From NCBI RefSeq assembly GCF_009914755.1, contig NC_060947.1: DNA of 64,000 bases; one strand, 5' to 3'. Position numbers and translations under genes: made by a program. Shown one piece after another: positions 47,568 to 63,852 of the stretch; position 1 is the stretch's first letter; every line of letters starts with the position of its first letter. This DNA is from the human T2T-CHM13v2.0 reference genome, Homo sapiens. The notes under the pieces were generated by a model. It saw only the letters and a list, made by a program, of their open reading frames with translations. It made no database searches and had not been told where the DNA came from.

Positions 47568-48179
47568 GTAAGTTATATGTTTTTATGCTTCCTATAATGT
47601 ATGCTACTAGATGTATTTTTACTTTATCCCAAAAGCGGATGAAGTGGATTTGTTTTCCTCCATCATAAACACATACTGCAGCTTGCAAGGAGGGGCTCAT
47701 ATCCTTTGGACATTCTTAAAGGATGTTTGTGAACTCTCTGAGGTCACATAAAATTTATATTTGTATTTCTACGGAGTGGATTCATTGTTTCGTCAGATTT
47801 GCAAAGAGGTTGTCACTCAGAGGTTAAACATTTTTAATTGAGGGTCTTATCTGTTATGGGAAATACTATACAAAAGAACATTTTACAATTAAGTACTCTA
47901 TAAATGATGGATGGTATGATGGACTCCAGACATATCTGCCCCCTGCCCTCCTTGTAATTATCTTGAGTCATTTCTGTCCTCAAAATATTACTATGTAAGT
48001 CTACAAATTATTTACACTTGACCTTTGACTGCTTTACTGAAATGACAGTGAATTAGGATGTGTGGCTCTTTGTACTCAGTAAAATTTTACCTAGTAAAAT
48101 CTTCATTCATAATCCTTCAGGTAAAAATTACCATTTCATTAATATTGTACTTCTGAAATAAACTGTCTCGCTTACATAT

Positions 48180-48943
<764 letters not shown>

Positions 48944-49369
48944 TGACTTTGGTCTACTTTAGGTGCAGTTGAATTATCTAACAGAGGACTACCATTGTAA
49001 TAACTTTCAATTCATTTTTTAAGATATTGCAGATTAAAAAGCAGTAACATTTCATTTTCTGAAATAGGATAGCTATGGATGTGTTATAACTAACAGTAGG
49101 CACTATCACAATTGAAACTGATTATTGTCAAAATTAACATGTTTAGTACTTTAAGTTCAACTCCATGGCAAGGGAAAGTTTGATTTATCTTTTAATAATT
49201 CCCCTCTTTTGTTTAAAGAACGTGTCCTTATGCCTCATTAATCTTGTAGAAATAATATCCCAAAGTGAAAATACAATACGCGGACAGGTTACAGTTGTTT
49301 TCACCACTCAGAATTTTTTGTTCTTTTATACGTTCACTAATTCATCAAAATTTTTTAAAGAAAATATCT

Positions 49370-49978
49370 TTTTTTATTTTAAAAATGTTGAATTTTTATG
49401 GGTATATAGTAGGTGTATATATTTTGGGGTAATGAGATATTTTGATACAGGCATACAATGCGTAATAATCACATCAGGGTAGATAGAGTATCCATTACCT
49501 CAAGCATTTATCCTTTGTGTTTCAAACAATCCAGTTTTACTCTCTTAGTTATTTTAAAATGTACAATTAAATTATTTTTTACTGTACTCACCGTTTTGTG
49601 CTATCAAGTAACTAGGTCTTATTCTAATTTTTGTACCCATTAACCATCCCGCTATTCTTTACGTCCGTGAGTTCAATTGTTTGATTTTTAGATCCTGCAA
49701 ATGAGTGAGCACATGTGATGTTTGTCTTTCTGTGCTTGGCTTATTTCACTTACCATGGTGACCTTTTGTTCCATCCATGTTGTTGGAAATGACAGGATCT
49801 CATTTGTTTTTAATGGCTAAATAATACTCCATTGTGTATATGTACCACATTTCCTTTATCCATTTATCAGTTAACACGTAAGTTGGTTCAAAATCTTGGC
49901 TATTGTGAACAGTGCTGCATCAAACATAGTAGTGCAGATATCGCTTCAATATACTGATTTTCTTTCTTTTGGGCATAT
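49370..49978 (-). mobile_element. L1MA-like 3' end
   Basis: TTTATGGGTATATAGTAGGTGTATAT...CATTGTGTATATGTACCACATTT...GTGCAGATATC. Confidence 0.85.
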
Positions 49979-50753
49979 CAGCAAATTTTGGAAGACTTCT
50001 TTGCTAAGCATGTTCTAAGTCCTGACTGTAAAATGATGGATAAACACTGATTAATGGTATTTCATTTAATAGCATTGACATTCAGTGGACATGTATTCCT
50101 CCCTCCACCATATTTTTTTTCTGAGACCACGGTTATTTTCAACAAGTTCCAAATTTTTAAAAGTTTAAATTACCATCTCTTTTGTACTATCAATCAAATA
50201 ATACTTTCTGTACAAATTGAATAGTTTTTATTTGGTCATTAAGAGTTACAGATTTTCTTTGTTTGGAAGCACATTGCTCTGTTGCCTTTCTAAAATGAGG
50301 TGAAATTAAGCAAAGATATAAAGAAACAGAGACACTGAGATAATTGAGAGAGGCTAATAAGGAAGACAAGACATAATTCATTTTATTTGATCAAACACAG
50401 AATAGTATAAGGATATTGATGCTAAATGAATGATTTATGAACAAAATAAGATTTTAAAAATTGGGAAATGCTTTTAAGGTCGAAGACTTATTTTCAGGGA
50501 GCAAAATACTATTTAAATTTGCCTCTTCTTGTGGTGCTGCTGATCACCATTTTGTGTTTAAGGCTAGTGCCATAATTTGTAACATTTTCAGTTAGTGTTA
50601 ATATTACTCGGTTAATCTACTTTTATGCAATTAAATATTTGTTAGCTGTCGGTGAAGTTTCCAGTTATTTATTACCTTTTATTGTATATTGGACAATGTA
50701 AAAACAACCAGATGAACATTTTGTTTGCATTAATTTTTCTCCCTTTTTCTTAG

Positions 50754-50866
50754 GCCTTGATGTTAAAAGTGAAGCATGTCAGCGATTTTTCCGTGATGGG
50801 CTAACAATATCATTCACTAAAATTCTTACAGATGAAGCAGTGAGTGGCTGGAAGTTTGAAATTCAT
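50754..50866 (+). CDS. USP9X: USP9X exon 5 ([38 protein letters not shown])
   Basis: 113 nt; long pyrimidine tract + TAG, CAT|GTGAGT donor; frame continuous. Confidence 0.97.
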
Positions 50867-51622
50867 GTGAGTCTTGCATTTGACTTTAAAGGATCAGATT
50901 TACATAGTGATGCCTGTGAGTGGGAAGAGGTATATGTGTGTGTGGCTGTGTTATATTTATTCTGTTATAATTGAATTAAAAGGTCTAAAAATGAAAAACT
51001 TAAAAATGTTTATAAATTAAGTCTCTTGAAGGCCGCATGGTCATTTAGAATAAGCATGAGATTTAGAGTTAAGCTTGGGTTTAATCTCTCCTCTGGGATC
51101 TCAAGTGTCTGTGACCTTAGGCAAGTCATCACATTTCATTGAAAATGTAATGCTATCAATTGTAAGGTACATCACTGTTTTATGGACTATTAAGGAAGAA
51201 AAACACCCAAGATGGGGCATTTCATATACGTCTGGGACACCAAAGGGTCAGTATAGAGGTAAATGAGAAATGAACTTGCTATGCAGAAAGGGACAGCAAA
51301 AAATCCTGCATATCTCAACCTTGGCACTTGGTGGAGGGAGGGATTAAAAAAAAAAGTGAAAATCTAAACCACAAGCCAGTATTTAAACAGTTTCGTAGTC
51401 TGAATTCAAATTATAGTTGCAATACAAAAAGCCCTTAAGTGGAAAATGTAAAGTGGTCTCATGTCGGTAGTGCCCCCAAGTGACTAGCAGAAGCAAACAC
51501 AATTCCTCTCTGCAAATACCTTCCATTTAGGAAAACAGTAATGTATTGTTCATTGATTATAAGATAGAGTCAGATTCCAGAGATCTTAAAAAGTGAAAAA
51601 AGTATATGTCTCAGACTGATAA

Positions 51623-52490
<868 letters not shown>

Positions 52491-52832
52491 TGACATACTG
52501 TTTAGACTCTAGAATTGCTGCCTCTCGTGTACAAATTCCACAGAGAAAAAATAGTAACTTGCATCTTACCTGTGGACGTAGAGCAGGAATAGATAACTTA
52601 TGGTGCCTCTTGTATTTTTTAAGCCATAGCAAATGGCTTTTGAAAGTACCATATAAATTATGAAGTAAACAAATTCTAATTTGTCCTTTGATAATCAGTT
52701 TGATCCCAATATTAATGATTAGAAAAATGGAGAGATCGTTATTTGTTAGGATACGATTAATATTGGAAGATATTTCTGTTTGAAATTGCAGTGTTTTGAT
52801 CTTGTAAATCGCCTTTCCCCCTTGTATAACAG

Positions 52833-53051
52833 AGGTGTATTATTAACAATACTCATCGTCTGGTGGAGCTATGTGTGGCCAAGTTGTCCCAAGACTGGTT
52901 TCCACTTTTAGAACTTCTTGCCATGGCCTTAAATCCTCATTGCAAATTCCATATCTACAATGGTACACGTCCATGTGAATCAGTTTCCTCAAGTGTTCAG
53001 TTGCCTGAAGATGAACTCTTTGCTCGTTCTCCAGATCCTCGATCACCAAAG
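52833..53051 (+). CDS. USP9X: USP9X exon 6 ([39 protein letters not shown]...PDPRSPK)
   Basis: 219 nt, phase 0-0; CAG acceptor, AAG|GTGTGT donor; matches ORF 52863..53084. Confidence 0.97.
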
Positions 53052-55407
53052 GTGTGTTGGTTTGTTATTTTCAAAATTAAATAATACAATTGTTTTGTTC
53101 TGACACAGAATCTTCAGTGATCTGTATTTAAAGTGTGACAATGAAATAACACTTTAAATGAAAATACACACAACCAGGAGCCTTTTTCGTAGCTTTGTCG
53201 TTCTAGTTCTTTGTTTTTTCTGCATGTATAATTATCCCCATTGTCTTCTGTCCAGCCTCTTTAGAAGTAGTCATAATTTGGGTTAGTAGGAAACAGACTG
53301 TATTTTTTCTTTGAAATAGAGTAGGAGATTACTTCTTTGACCAAGGACTCAATTGTTGTTCTGTAGGGCCGTGATCATTTTAGGCATTCTAAGATTTTGA
53401 CTCCAAAATCAAGTATATCCTCTAAATACCTAATAATACATCATAAAATTACAGAAATTGTTAATGAAATCAATATAGTAAATCTTCCAAATCTCACTTA
53501 AATATATTGTGTACATAAATGTAAGTTTTCTATATTGGTGTAAACAGACTGTACACTTTAAAAAATTTTTCCCTAAACGCTGCTTCTTTTAATAAATATT
53601 ATATAATTTTCAAATTTTAGATTTTAGGGAGACATTTTTAATATTATAGGTCTTGTACAAATTTCCCTTTTTCTATCCAGCCAGAAAGATTTTAAGTCAT
53701 ACATTATGGAGAACTTGGTTTATTTTACTAATAAGCTGAAGTTATCAAAAAAAGGTCAAACTTAAGTTGAGATTTTCTGATATTTCCTAGTTCATATAGT
53801 TGCCACTAGATGGCTTATTTTTGCTTGAGTAGATCAGGTTACTATCTAAATAATGGCAGTCTTCAAAATGAAAATTTTAATCTATACCTGTATTTCTTTT
53901 TAAATTTTACTTTTTTTTTTTCTCTATGTGCCAGTAATCCACAACTTAAGAGATTCACAGGGCACAAAACTTGATTTAACATGGCTAAATGTAAAATTTT
54001 TAGATGACTTCTGGTTGAAGATAGTTTTATATCTTTGAAATATAGTTCTTGCTATTAAACTTATAAAGTGTAGCGATTGTGAGAGTGTTAGCCTTTCAAA
54101 GCCTTCAAGAGTACAATTTTTAAAAATATAGCCCAAAATATAGTTGCGAATCAAGGAGAAGCATATTCTATGGAGTTACCTTCACATTTACTTGCTATTG
54201 AAGTAAGAGAAATTTTATCATACAGCTAAACAGGTCTTCTATAAGCTTTTAAAAATCTGATTAAAAGGGGACATGTTTGGCAGCATCTTCAACCATGTCC
54301 TAGTTGAATGCAGATGTCATGATATAATGAAAAATCTAAGAGATATGTAATAGCCTCCATATGTTTTTTTCTCCTGTTCTCCAAAAGTGGTAGTGGCAAA
54401 ATTCAGATCATCAGACTTAGTCGATGGAGATAAACTTTCTAAGCTGTAGATTCACTTTCGGATACTGTTTGTAATGAGTTTCATTTACCTTTGAGAAATT
54501 TGAGTTACAGAGCTTAAAAGTGTTTTATTCGGAATATTTTTGAGCCTTAATACTTAATCATTCTCTGGAGCTTTTGGTAGGTCTTCTGTTCTACTTCAAA
54601 TTCTCTCTACACCTCCTACCCTCCTGGGACATTGAACCTCTGTGGCCTCAACTTTTGACCCATGACAAAGCTAAAGCTGTCAGGACTATCTCTCAGAGTG
54701 TTTCCTAATCCCCATCTTCCCCCAAGATGTTTGAAGATGTTTAAATGAGATCATTTATTCAAACATTTAAAATATAATAAAAACTTCATTGGTTACGACA
54801 AAAGGTCTTAGGTGAAATTCACCATGCTATCTTTGAGAAAAGGAACTTGTAGCAATAGAAAACTATGTGGAAAGCATATGGTGAATTGTAAGCTATGTGG
54901 TCATTTTGAATTTTCTATTTAGGGCGACTGATCTTTCTCTGCCAGTCTTGAAAACTTAGAGCCAGAGAAGGAAAGCTGTTGTTGGCAGCTGCTGAAGCTA
55001 GCCTATTAGCCTCAGTTTGAAGCACTCTTATCTGAATATTCCCAATTGTTTAAGCATACATTGCAGCCAAAGAAATACAGAAAGATTAGCTTTAGACTAA
55101 TTCTTTACTGTGTCCACACCTGCTGTTTTATAAATATTGTATGTAACTATCAAGTATATCAATCTAATAGTCTCATTATAGTTACTGAAGAAATAAAATA
55201 TATTACATAATGAGCATGTACTTTCTTACAATTGCTGAATGACAAAAGGGATCTGGTGAATTAAGTACTCGAGTTTTAATGGTTTTGAATTAGCCTTTCA
55301 TGACTAAAAAGGTAGGAAAACACTATTAAATTGAAATACGTTAATGGGTTTATTAGAGAACTTAGTTCATTCATATTCTTTTAAAACCATATAAAAACTA
55401 GCAGTAG

Positions 55408-55712
55408 GCCAGGCAAGGTGGCTCACGCCTGTAATCCTAGCACTTTGGGAGGCCAAGACGGGTGGATCACCTGAAGTCAGGAGTTCAAGACCAGCTTGGC
55501 CAACATGGTGAAACCCCATCTCTACTAAAAATACAAAAATTAGCCGGGTGTGGTGGTGTGTGCCTATAATCACAGCTACTTGAGAGGCTGAAGCAGGAGA
55601 ATCCTGCTTGAACCCTGGAGGCAGAGGTTGCAGTGAGCCGATAATCACACCATTGCACTCTGGGCGACGAGAGTAAAACTCCATCTCAAAACAAAAAAAC
55701 ACACAGAAAAAA
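55408..55712 (+). mobile_element. Alu in intron 6
   Basis: Full dimer; TSD AAAAACTAGCA. Confidence 0.94.
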
Positions 55713-56683
55713 CTAGCATTAGCTATCATATTTTCTCTTTAAACAAACATTGAACATACAGCCATTTAGCATCTTTACTTTTTCCTGTATTTTTTTTTTA
55801 AATAGCTGTAGAAATTATTTTTGCTTAAGGCTTAGAAGAGAAATTGTGTATTTTGCTCCTTGTTTTCCAGTGGCTTCTAAAACATGGCCTAAATTTTAGA
55901 AGGTGGCAAGGTGTGAAAGGTTTTCTTAGGTACATTAATTTCTACATATATTTGATTCTTATATTTATATAGCCTTTTAATTCATTTTAGGTTTTTACAT
56001 ACAGACAGGCTTTTAGCCTCACAACTGTTGTCTGTGCCAGCTGTATGGTACTTTGAGCTACAGCTCTTTCTTAGACAGTTCATCCTGTTGCATGGTGTTA
56101 CTTCTAAGATAAGGAGAACTGGGTGCAATTTGTATAAGCAAAAGTATCAACCAGCATATTCTACTTAGGAACAGTAGATACTAGTACCAGACCTTAGTTT
56201 TTAATTGACAATTGACTCTCAGGCTATTAGTTACTGTGTTTATAGGGAAATTTTAATGTTTTACAACTAAACAAGAAGTAGATTCAAAATTCATTACCAA
56301 GTAGCTTCTTCTTAACTCTCTTGAAGTCTTTCTGCCTCCTGAAAATTATTTTAATATAAAAGACTTTACAGTAATTAGAAGGTATTCATTCTTATATGGT
56401 GGGATATCTGAAATAGGAGCATGTCTTCTAATTCCTGTTCACCACTTACATTGGTACAAACAGACAGAACTATGCCCCAGTGATTTAATCTATACTTACT
56501 ACGTATACTGCTTCTGTCTCACAGATGGAATTACTATGAACAAAATGCAATGTTTTGTGGTCCTTTGAAAGATGATTTATTTTATTGAATTTACTATTTC
56601 TAGTATATTTCAATAAGGCTTTTTTTTCGTGCTTTTTACCCTTTAAAGTAGGAAGTTAACTTTTTTCATTAATTGTGTTACAG

Positions 56684-56799
56684 GGTTGGCTAGTGGATCT
56701 TCTCAACAAATTTGGCACTTTAAATGGGTTCCAGATTTTGCATGATCGTTTTATTAATGGATCAGCATTAAACGTTCAAATAATTGCAGCCCTTATTAA
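56684..56799 (+). CDS. USP9X: USP9X exon 7 ([39 protein letters not shown])
   Basis: 116 nt; CAG acceptor, TAA|GTAAGT donor; frame continuous. Confidence 0.97.
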
Positions 56800-56993
56800 G
56801 TAAGTTACATTTAAAAATCAATGGTTAGTGCACCGTAGAATTGCTGGTTTTTGCTTCATAAAAATTGAGTTTTTCAAGTGTGGTTTCTTCAACTAATAAC
56901 TGGGATTTTTTAAAAGTAATATAAAGAATTTAGTCCTAAATTGATTTTAAGAAATTGCGTATTTACAGGAGTTTTGTATCTTTCTTATTTCAG

Positions 56994-57245
56994 ACCATTT
57001 GGGCAATGCTATGAGTTTCTCACTCTTCATACAGTGAAAAAGTACTTTCTTCCAATAATAGAAATGGTTCCACAGTTTTTAGAAAACTTAACTGATGAAG
57101 AACTGAAAAAAGAAGCAAAGAATGAAGCCAAAAATGATGCTCTTTCAATGATTATTAAATCTTTGAAGAATTTAGCTTCAAGGGTTCCAGGACAAGAAGA
57201 AACTGTTAAAAACTTAGAAATATTTAGGTTAAAAATGATACTTAG
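56994..57245 (+). CDS. USP9X: USP9X exon 8 ([20 protein letters not shown]...[12 protein letters not shown])
   Basis: 252 nt; CAG acceptor, TAG|GTAAGA donor; matches ORF 56941..57249. Confidence 0.97.
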
Positions 57246-57320
57246 GTAAGATACTTACCTCTTGAAATAATTGTTAATGCCGATTTTAGAATCATACTTA
57301 TCACTGAATTTTTCTTACAG

Positions 57321-57459
57321 ATTATTGCAAATTTCTTCTTTCAATGGAAAGATGAATGCACTGAATGAAGTTAATAAGGTGATATCTAGTGTATCATACT
57401 ATACTCATCGACATGGTAATCCTGAGGAGGAAGAGTGGCTCACAGCTGAACGAATGGCA
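57321..57459 (+). CDS. USP9X: USP9X exon 9 ([46 protein letters not shown])
   Basis: 139 nt; CAG acceptor, GCA|GTGAGT donor; matches ORF 57271..57516. Confidence 0.97.
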
Positions 57460-58389
57460 GTGAGTCTTTCAGTTCTTCTTCATAGGAATAAGAATCTACT
57501 TAAGACAAGAAATTAGAATAGCTCTAGCTAAAAAAATTAGTAATAGTAACATTTTAAAGTAAACTGAAATTGGGAGGTGTTTTGATTGATTTATAACTCT
57601 GTTAATCCTGAGAACTTTTTGAAATAACATAGTTTATTATTTGGTAGTGATATGGGTAGCTTTAAAACATCTTTGATAAACTTAGTGATGAATGTGGCGT
57701 TTTGAAGTAATTATTAGTTTGTTGGAGAGTGGGAAGTTGGTTGAAATGGAGTAGGTAGAGTTGATCTAGAAAATGGATTGGGTAGTATCTAGTACCTTAT
57801 AAAGTGGCCTATTGTTCATTTGACCATTTACAGTTAAACGTTTTAAAACAGGAAATAAAATTACTAGAATAAGATCTATACAAATTGTTTTATCACGATT
57901 TTGAGAATTTTATTTTGAAAGCCCTTATTTTGACATTGAAATTTTATGAAACTTTATGTACCATAGCTATTTTGTATTATATTGTTTTGAAATGAGTAAG
58001 TATGCCATTTAAGTTACAGTGCCAATATTTTTTGAATGTATATGTGTAACAGTCCTGGGGAAACATCTGTAGGAGAACTGTCCTTGCCCTCAAGGAGCCC
58101 TCACTTAATAGGGGAGTTAGTGATTAGAGTATGTTAAAATGCATGTGGAGACTGCTTAGATATTGCCCTGTGTTAGGGGGTCAGGTGGTAGACATCTGGT
58201 TTCATACATATGATGTACGTATCTGCCTCATGGAAAGTCCAGCACAGAGCTATTCAAAGTGTGCTCTGAAGACTGGTGCTGGTTCTTGAACCAGTCCTAG
58301 ATAGGACAGAGAATGGCATTAAGTGTTTAGAAACTTTCATTGCAGTTTGACATTGCGACATTTTTATTGTGTTTTACAAAATTATCTGT

Positions 58390-58510
58390 GGCTCTGCAGT
58401 GGCTCACGCATGTAATCCCAGCACTTTGGGAGGCCGAGGAGAGATTGCTTGAGGCCAGGAGTTTAAGACCAGCCTGGGCAACAAAGCGAGACCCTGTCTC
58501 CATATTAAAA
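58390..58510 (+). mobile_element. FLAM / Alu monomer
   Basis: Single monomer similarity. Confidence 0.8.
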
Positions 58511-59318
58511 ACATATGTGTATATATGTAGAATAACATAAAAACAAATATCTGCAACAGATTAGACATTAAAAACTGGCTCATTATCAGCTGAGACATGT
58601 ACTTCTCTAGCACATTTTGGGCCTAACTACTTTTTATTCTCAGCTAAATACTGCAAAATCATATAGTGTGGATTACTCCCTGTTTGTATCATGAGTTAGC
58701 ACTTTATTCTGTTGCTATAGATTAAATGAATGCTAGTTGAGCAAGCTAGCACAGTGTTACAGAAAAACAGACTGTGGAAGCATATGACTTGATTCATATT
58801 CCAATTCTAGCATCTGTGAGCCTGTTTACATTTTGTAATAGAATAATGTATCTCTTACTAGGATTGTTTGGAAAATTAAAGAGATAATGGATAAGCAATA
58901 ATAGTGCCTAGCACATGATAATTGTTAATAAATAAAAGTAAAAAATAGAGAGCCTTTTTACCCAAGGTCAAAACATAATTCTGTGGCAAAATTGGGATAA
59001 AGAATCCAAAGATCCTAAAATTGGTCCTGTACTCACCCTACCATGGTGATTGTGTACTTAAATAATATTTTTCTGAGTAAATGCTGGAGTGTAGAATCTT
59101 CTTAATTTCAGTATTATTTATGGGAGCATTTCTGTATGTGCAAAATTGTTATAAAATTTCATAATTTTCCATTAAAGCAACACATAAGTATATTTTACCA
59201 GTATTATATTTTGTAAATGTGTTTTGAATTTCCTTATATTATTTAATAATAGTGTGAGCAATTAAGAAAAAATTGTTTTAATTTCTGCTTTCAAACACGT
59301 TTTTGAATTAACATTTAG

Positions 59319-59471
59319 GAATGGATACAGCAGAACAATATCTTATCCATAGTGTTGCGAGATAGTCTTCATCAGCCACAGTATGTAGAAAAGTTAGAGA
59401 AGATTCTTCGTTTTGTCATCAAAGAAAAAGCTCTGACCTTACAGGATCTTGATAATATCTGGGCAGCACAG
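59319..59471 (+). CDS. USP9X: USP9X exon 10 ([51 protein letters not shown])
   Basis: 153 nt, phase 0-0; TAG acceptor, CAG|GTAAGG donor. Confidence 0.97.
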
Positions 59472-60246
59472 GTAAGGAATTTAAGATGATGGCTATTTAG
59501 TTTTTAAAATAAAGATACTAAAAACTGAAGAAATACAGTAGCTGTCATGAAATGGATGCAGGCTTGTATTGTTTGACTTTGAGAACGTTTAAATGCTTGT
59601 TACCCTGCCAGGAATCTTCTTGAAATAACCAATAATCTTTTAAAAATAAAAATATTCTTTTATCTGTATTTGATAAAGGTTGAGAATTTGTCAGTGGTTT
59701 TAAATAAAGATGCAAACAGTAAAATCATAAGGAATGTCTATTGAAAGAGAGTAAAGACATCTGTAATTGGTTTCTTCATAGATTTAATAGAAAGCAAAAA
59801 CCTCCAGTGTTAGGAGAATTAATTCACTTGATTATTTATAAAGACCTGTAATAATTATTCCAGAGAATTTATAACTCTTCAGAAGGATTAGTAACCTTTT
59901 TAGTTTTTGAGTTGGAAACTACAACTCCTTCTATTATCTTAATGACAGTTTTCTAATCGTGGATTTCTTGGGAAGCATTATTGAGTTGTAGATTATAAAG
60001 CTTTGTTTTTTTAGTCTATAAAAACCAAGAAAACAGCTTTGCCTTTGAGTGCTTAAGGTTCCAGTTTTGAAACAATATTGTTAGTGTGCCTTATTTTTGT
60101 ATTTGCAATATTAAAATTGTCAAATTAAATAAATTGTATTAAAGGTTTGTATGAACCGCCAAAATACACATTAGCTGTATTTATTATATCATGAAATTAA
60201 GTTGCCAGGTTTTAGATGGCAGTTCTAAAGCATTTTATAATGTTAG

Positions 60247-60441
<195 letters not shown>

Positions 60442-60550
60442 TAAATGAAGGAGATAGGAGTACTTTATTAATTGTCAGCAAGCAGTATACACTACTTAAT
60501 CTATTACTCAGATTCTTGTGCATTGTGATTTCGTTTTTGTTTTTCAATAG

Positions 60551-60655
60551 GCAGGGAAACATGAAGCCATTGTGAAGAATGTACATGATCTCCTGGCAAA
60601 ATTGGCATGGGATTTTTCTCCTGAACAACTTGATCATCTTTTTGATTGTTTTAAG
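60551..60655 (+). CDS. USP9X: USP9X exon 11 ([35 protein letters not shown]); gene continues past window
   Basis: 105 nt, phase 0-0; TAG acceptor, AAG|GTAATT donor; cumulative CDS 1419 nt with no stop. Confidence 0.97.
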
Positions 60656-63466
60656 GTAATTGTTAACATAGCAAAATATTACCATTCTATTTCAAATAGA
60701 ATTGATTAATTAGATCTGTGAATTACTTTTAGCCAATAAATACTTAAATAGAAATCCCATTAAACAGTCTGTGGTGTGAAGGAATTGGCCCATTGTTTTC
60801 TTTTCCAACAAGAACTTGATGTTCATTTTCTTAATAGCCCCCATAATGGAAACTCAGGCTATCACTTTTTCTTTCTTTCCCCTGGTAGTTTCTATTTTAG
60901 TTACAGGTTCAAGCAAATTGTAGGACTACAGGGAAGGATGATTGGCTACAATAAACAGTAAGATGAAAGCAAGAGAATACCAATATCTTGGTATTCTGGG
61001 GTCATATGTACAAGCAAAATATGAGTTAATCAAAATGTAACTGATAAGGTAGCCCAAGAACTCCTCCTACAGTCATATCTGCATTGATGCCATCATGTTG
61101 GTTTTTGAGGCCATGTTTTGTAACATCTTTGATTAGTTGCCAGGGTTAGGTTTGTGAAAGCTCAAGTGGTTAGTGAATTTGTGGATTAAGAACGTAACTT
61201 TTTGGCAGTTTGCACTAAGAGGTGTTCTGTTAACAACTGGCATTAGATCAATAGGTCACCAACGTTTCTTGTTAAAAATAATAATTATACTGACCAGTGG
61301 GAACATAAATTGCTATAGCCACTTTGGAAAATACTTGGTATTTCTGGTAAAGTTTAAGATTCTCATAACTCATCAGTTTGACTTCTGAATATACACTTGA
61401 GAAACTCATGCTTATGTACACCAGGATACGTGTTCAGCAACACTTGTTAGCAGAATTACTTGTAATAGTGAAAAAACCTGCTATGTAGGATAGATAAAAC
61501 ATAGAATAGATAAATTATGGAATGTTCATACAGTGCAATATTTCACGGCAATGAAAGAGCAACTCAACCATATGGATGAGTCTAATAAACAGAAGGTTGA
61601 AGAAAGGAATAAAGCCACACAGTAATTAATACACCTTGATTACATTAATGTAAAGTTCCGAAATGGGCACAGCTGGTTTCTGGGATGTTACTTGCCGTGT
61701 ATTATTTTTTACCTGGGTACTAGTTACACAGGTGTTCACATTGTGTACTGTAATAATGGTATATGCTTGTACTTTTCTAGATATTTCACAGTAGAAGAAA
61801 AAAATACCATTTTTACTGGCTTCCATCACAGACATGTTAGATCAGTAGGTACTGAAGCCCAAGAGTCTGTATTTTAAGCAAGTTTCACAGATAAGTCTTA
61901 GGGACATTAAAGCTTTGATTTATGGAAAAATCGCTGCCTTATGGAAAATTTTATTTTGAAGGGAACAAATTATTGAGTGAATCTTTTATGTGGTTTTTAT
62001 ATATTTTGTTTCTATACATGTAAAAGCAAAACTTAAATACTTTTTCCATCCATTGAAGTATATCAAAGGCAGCTGAGGAAATAATAGAATTGGTCATCAT
62101 GGGCACTGCAAAGATAAAGACTTCCGAAATGATGATACGTGACCAGTGATGCCTTTGATGAGAGAAGGAAAAAAAGGGGTTGTTATTATATCTGCTGTAT
62201 CCCCCCTCTTCTCAGGATAGTCTAAATACAATAATGGTCTGAATATAATAATAATTCTTCATGTTCTTCCCCCTTTGGCTTAACATATGTTTATTGAGCA
62301 CTTGTCATTTGGTAACAAGCACTTTTTTTCCAAGGTGTTGGTAAATCTGGCAATTCTTATGGAGTGTTGAAAGTTTCTGCTAAAGATGATTTTGAAAGGA
62401 AGCAATGAAGTCTGAGTCACCTTGTGGTTCTTTGCAGATTGCAACCAAATGATTCCAACCTTCTGGGTTAGACTTTGCTTTATGTACTTGGCCTAGAGCC
62501 TAGTTTTTAAACATTTGAGTTCTAAGTAAGTTTCATATCTTTGCCAGCACTTGTTCTTGTCAGAGTTCTGAATTTTTGACAATCTTCTTGGTGTTTGAAA
62601 TGTTACCTCATTGTGCTTGTGCTTTTAGTTTTTATATCCCTTGATCAATAATGAGATTGAGTATCTTTCTGTATATTTTTTGAGCTATTTGCCTTTTTTT
62701 TTTTTTTTTTTTGGTGAATGCCTGTTCCCCCCCTCCCCCCACCGTGGCATTATTTGTATATTTTTTGGATTGTAGTTCTTGATATATTTTGAATGCTAAT
62801 CCTTGTCAGTTCAAGAGTTACAAATAATTTCTCCCAATTTGGTTATCTTTTTCATTCACTTAATGGTTGTACTGGTTGAATAGATGTTCTTAATTTCTCC
62901 TTTTCATGTAGTTTGTATGTCTAAAAGATGAGTACATGAAAAAATTCACGATACCATTATCTACCTAAAAAACAATAATTCCTTAATATCATAAAATAGT
63001 TTTAAAACTTCCAGTTGTCTTAGATCATACATCTTCATTTTAGAAGTGAGTTTTAATCAGGATCCTGGTGCAGTCCATGTGTATGTCTTTTAAGTCTCTT
63101 TGAAACTAGCTTTCTTCTTTTTTACTTCCCTTGCAATTTATTTGTTGAAGAAACTGGATTGTTTGTTGCCTTGGTGTCTGTCAATAGTTTTGATACAGAA
63201 GGTTTTTTTTTTTTTTAATTTTACTAGAGCATATCTCAAGTGGTGGTGTGCTTTTCCTTGAGGAGGAATACCTAGTTGTCTCTCTTTTTATAATGTTAGC
63301 TAGAGGTTTTTAATTGTAATCTGATATTTTAGTCTTACATTTTTAGCAGTTGTCATATTCCTTTTGTTATTTTGTGTAGGCTGGAAGGAAATAAAAACAG
63401 GCATTCACATCATCTTTGAAGACGTACCATATTAATAATTCCATTGAACTAATCTTCTCTCATTAA

Positions 63467-63783
<317 letters not shown>

Positions 63784-63852
63784 TAATCGTTCTTCTGCTG
63801 TTTGACGTTAAGTTCGTTTCAGTTTATTTTCTAATAAACACTGATCAGCAAC

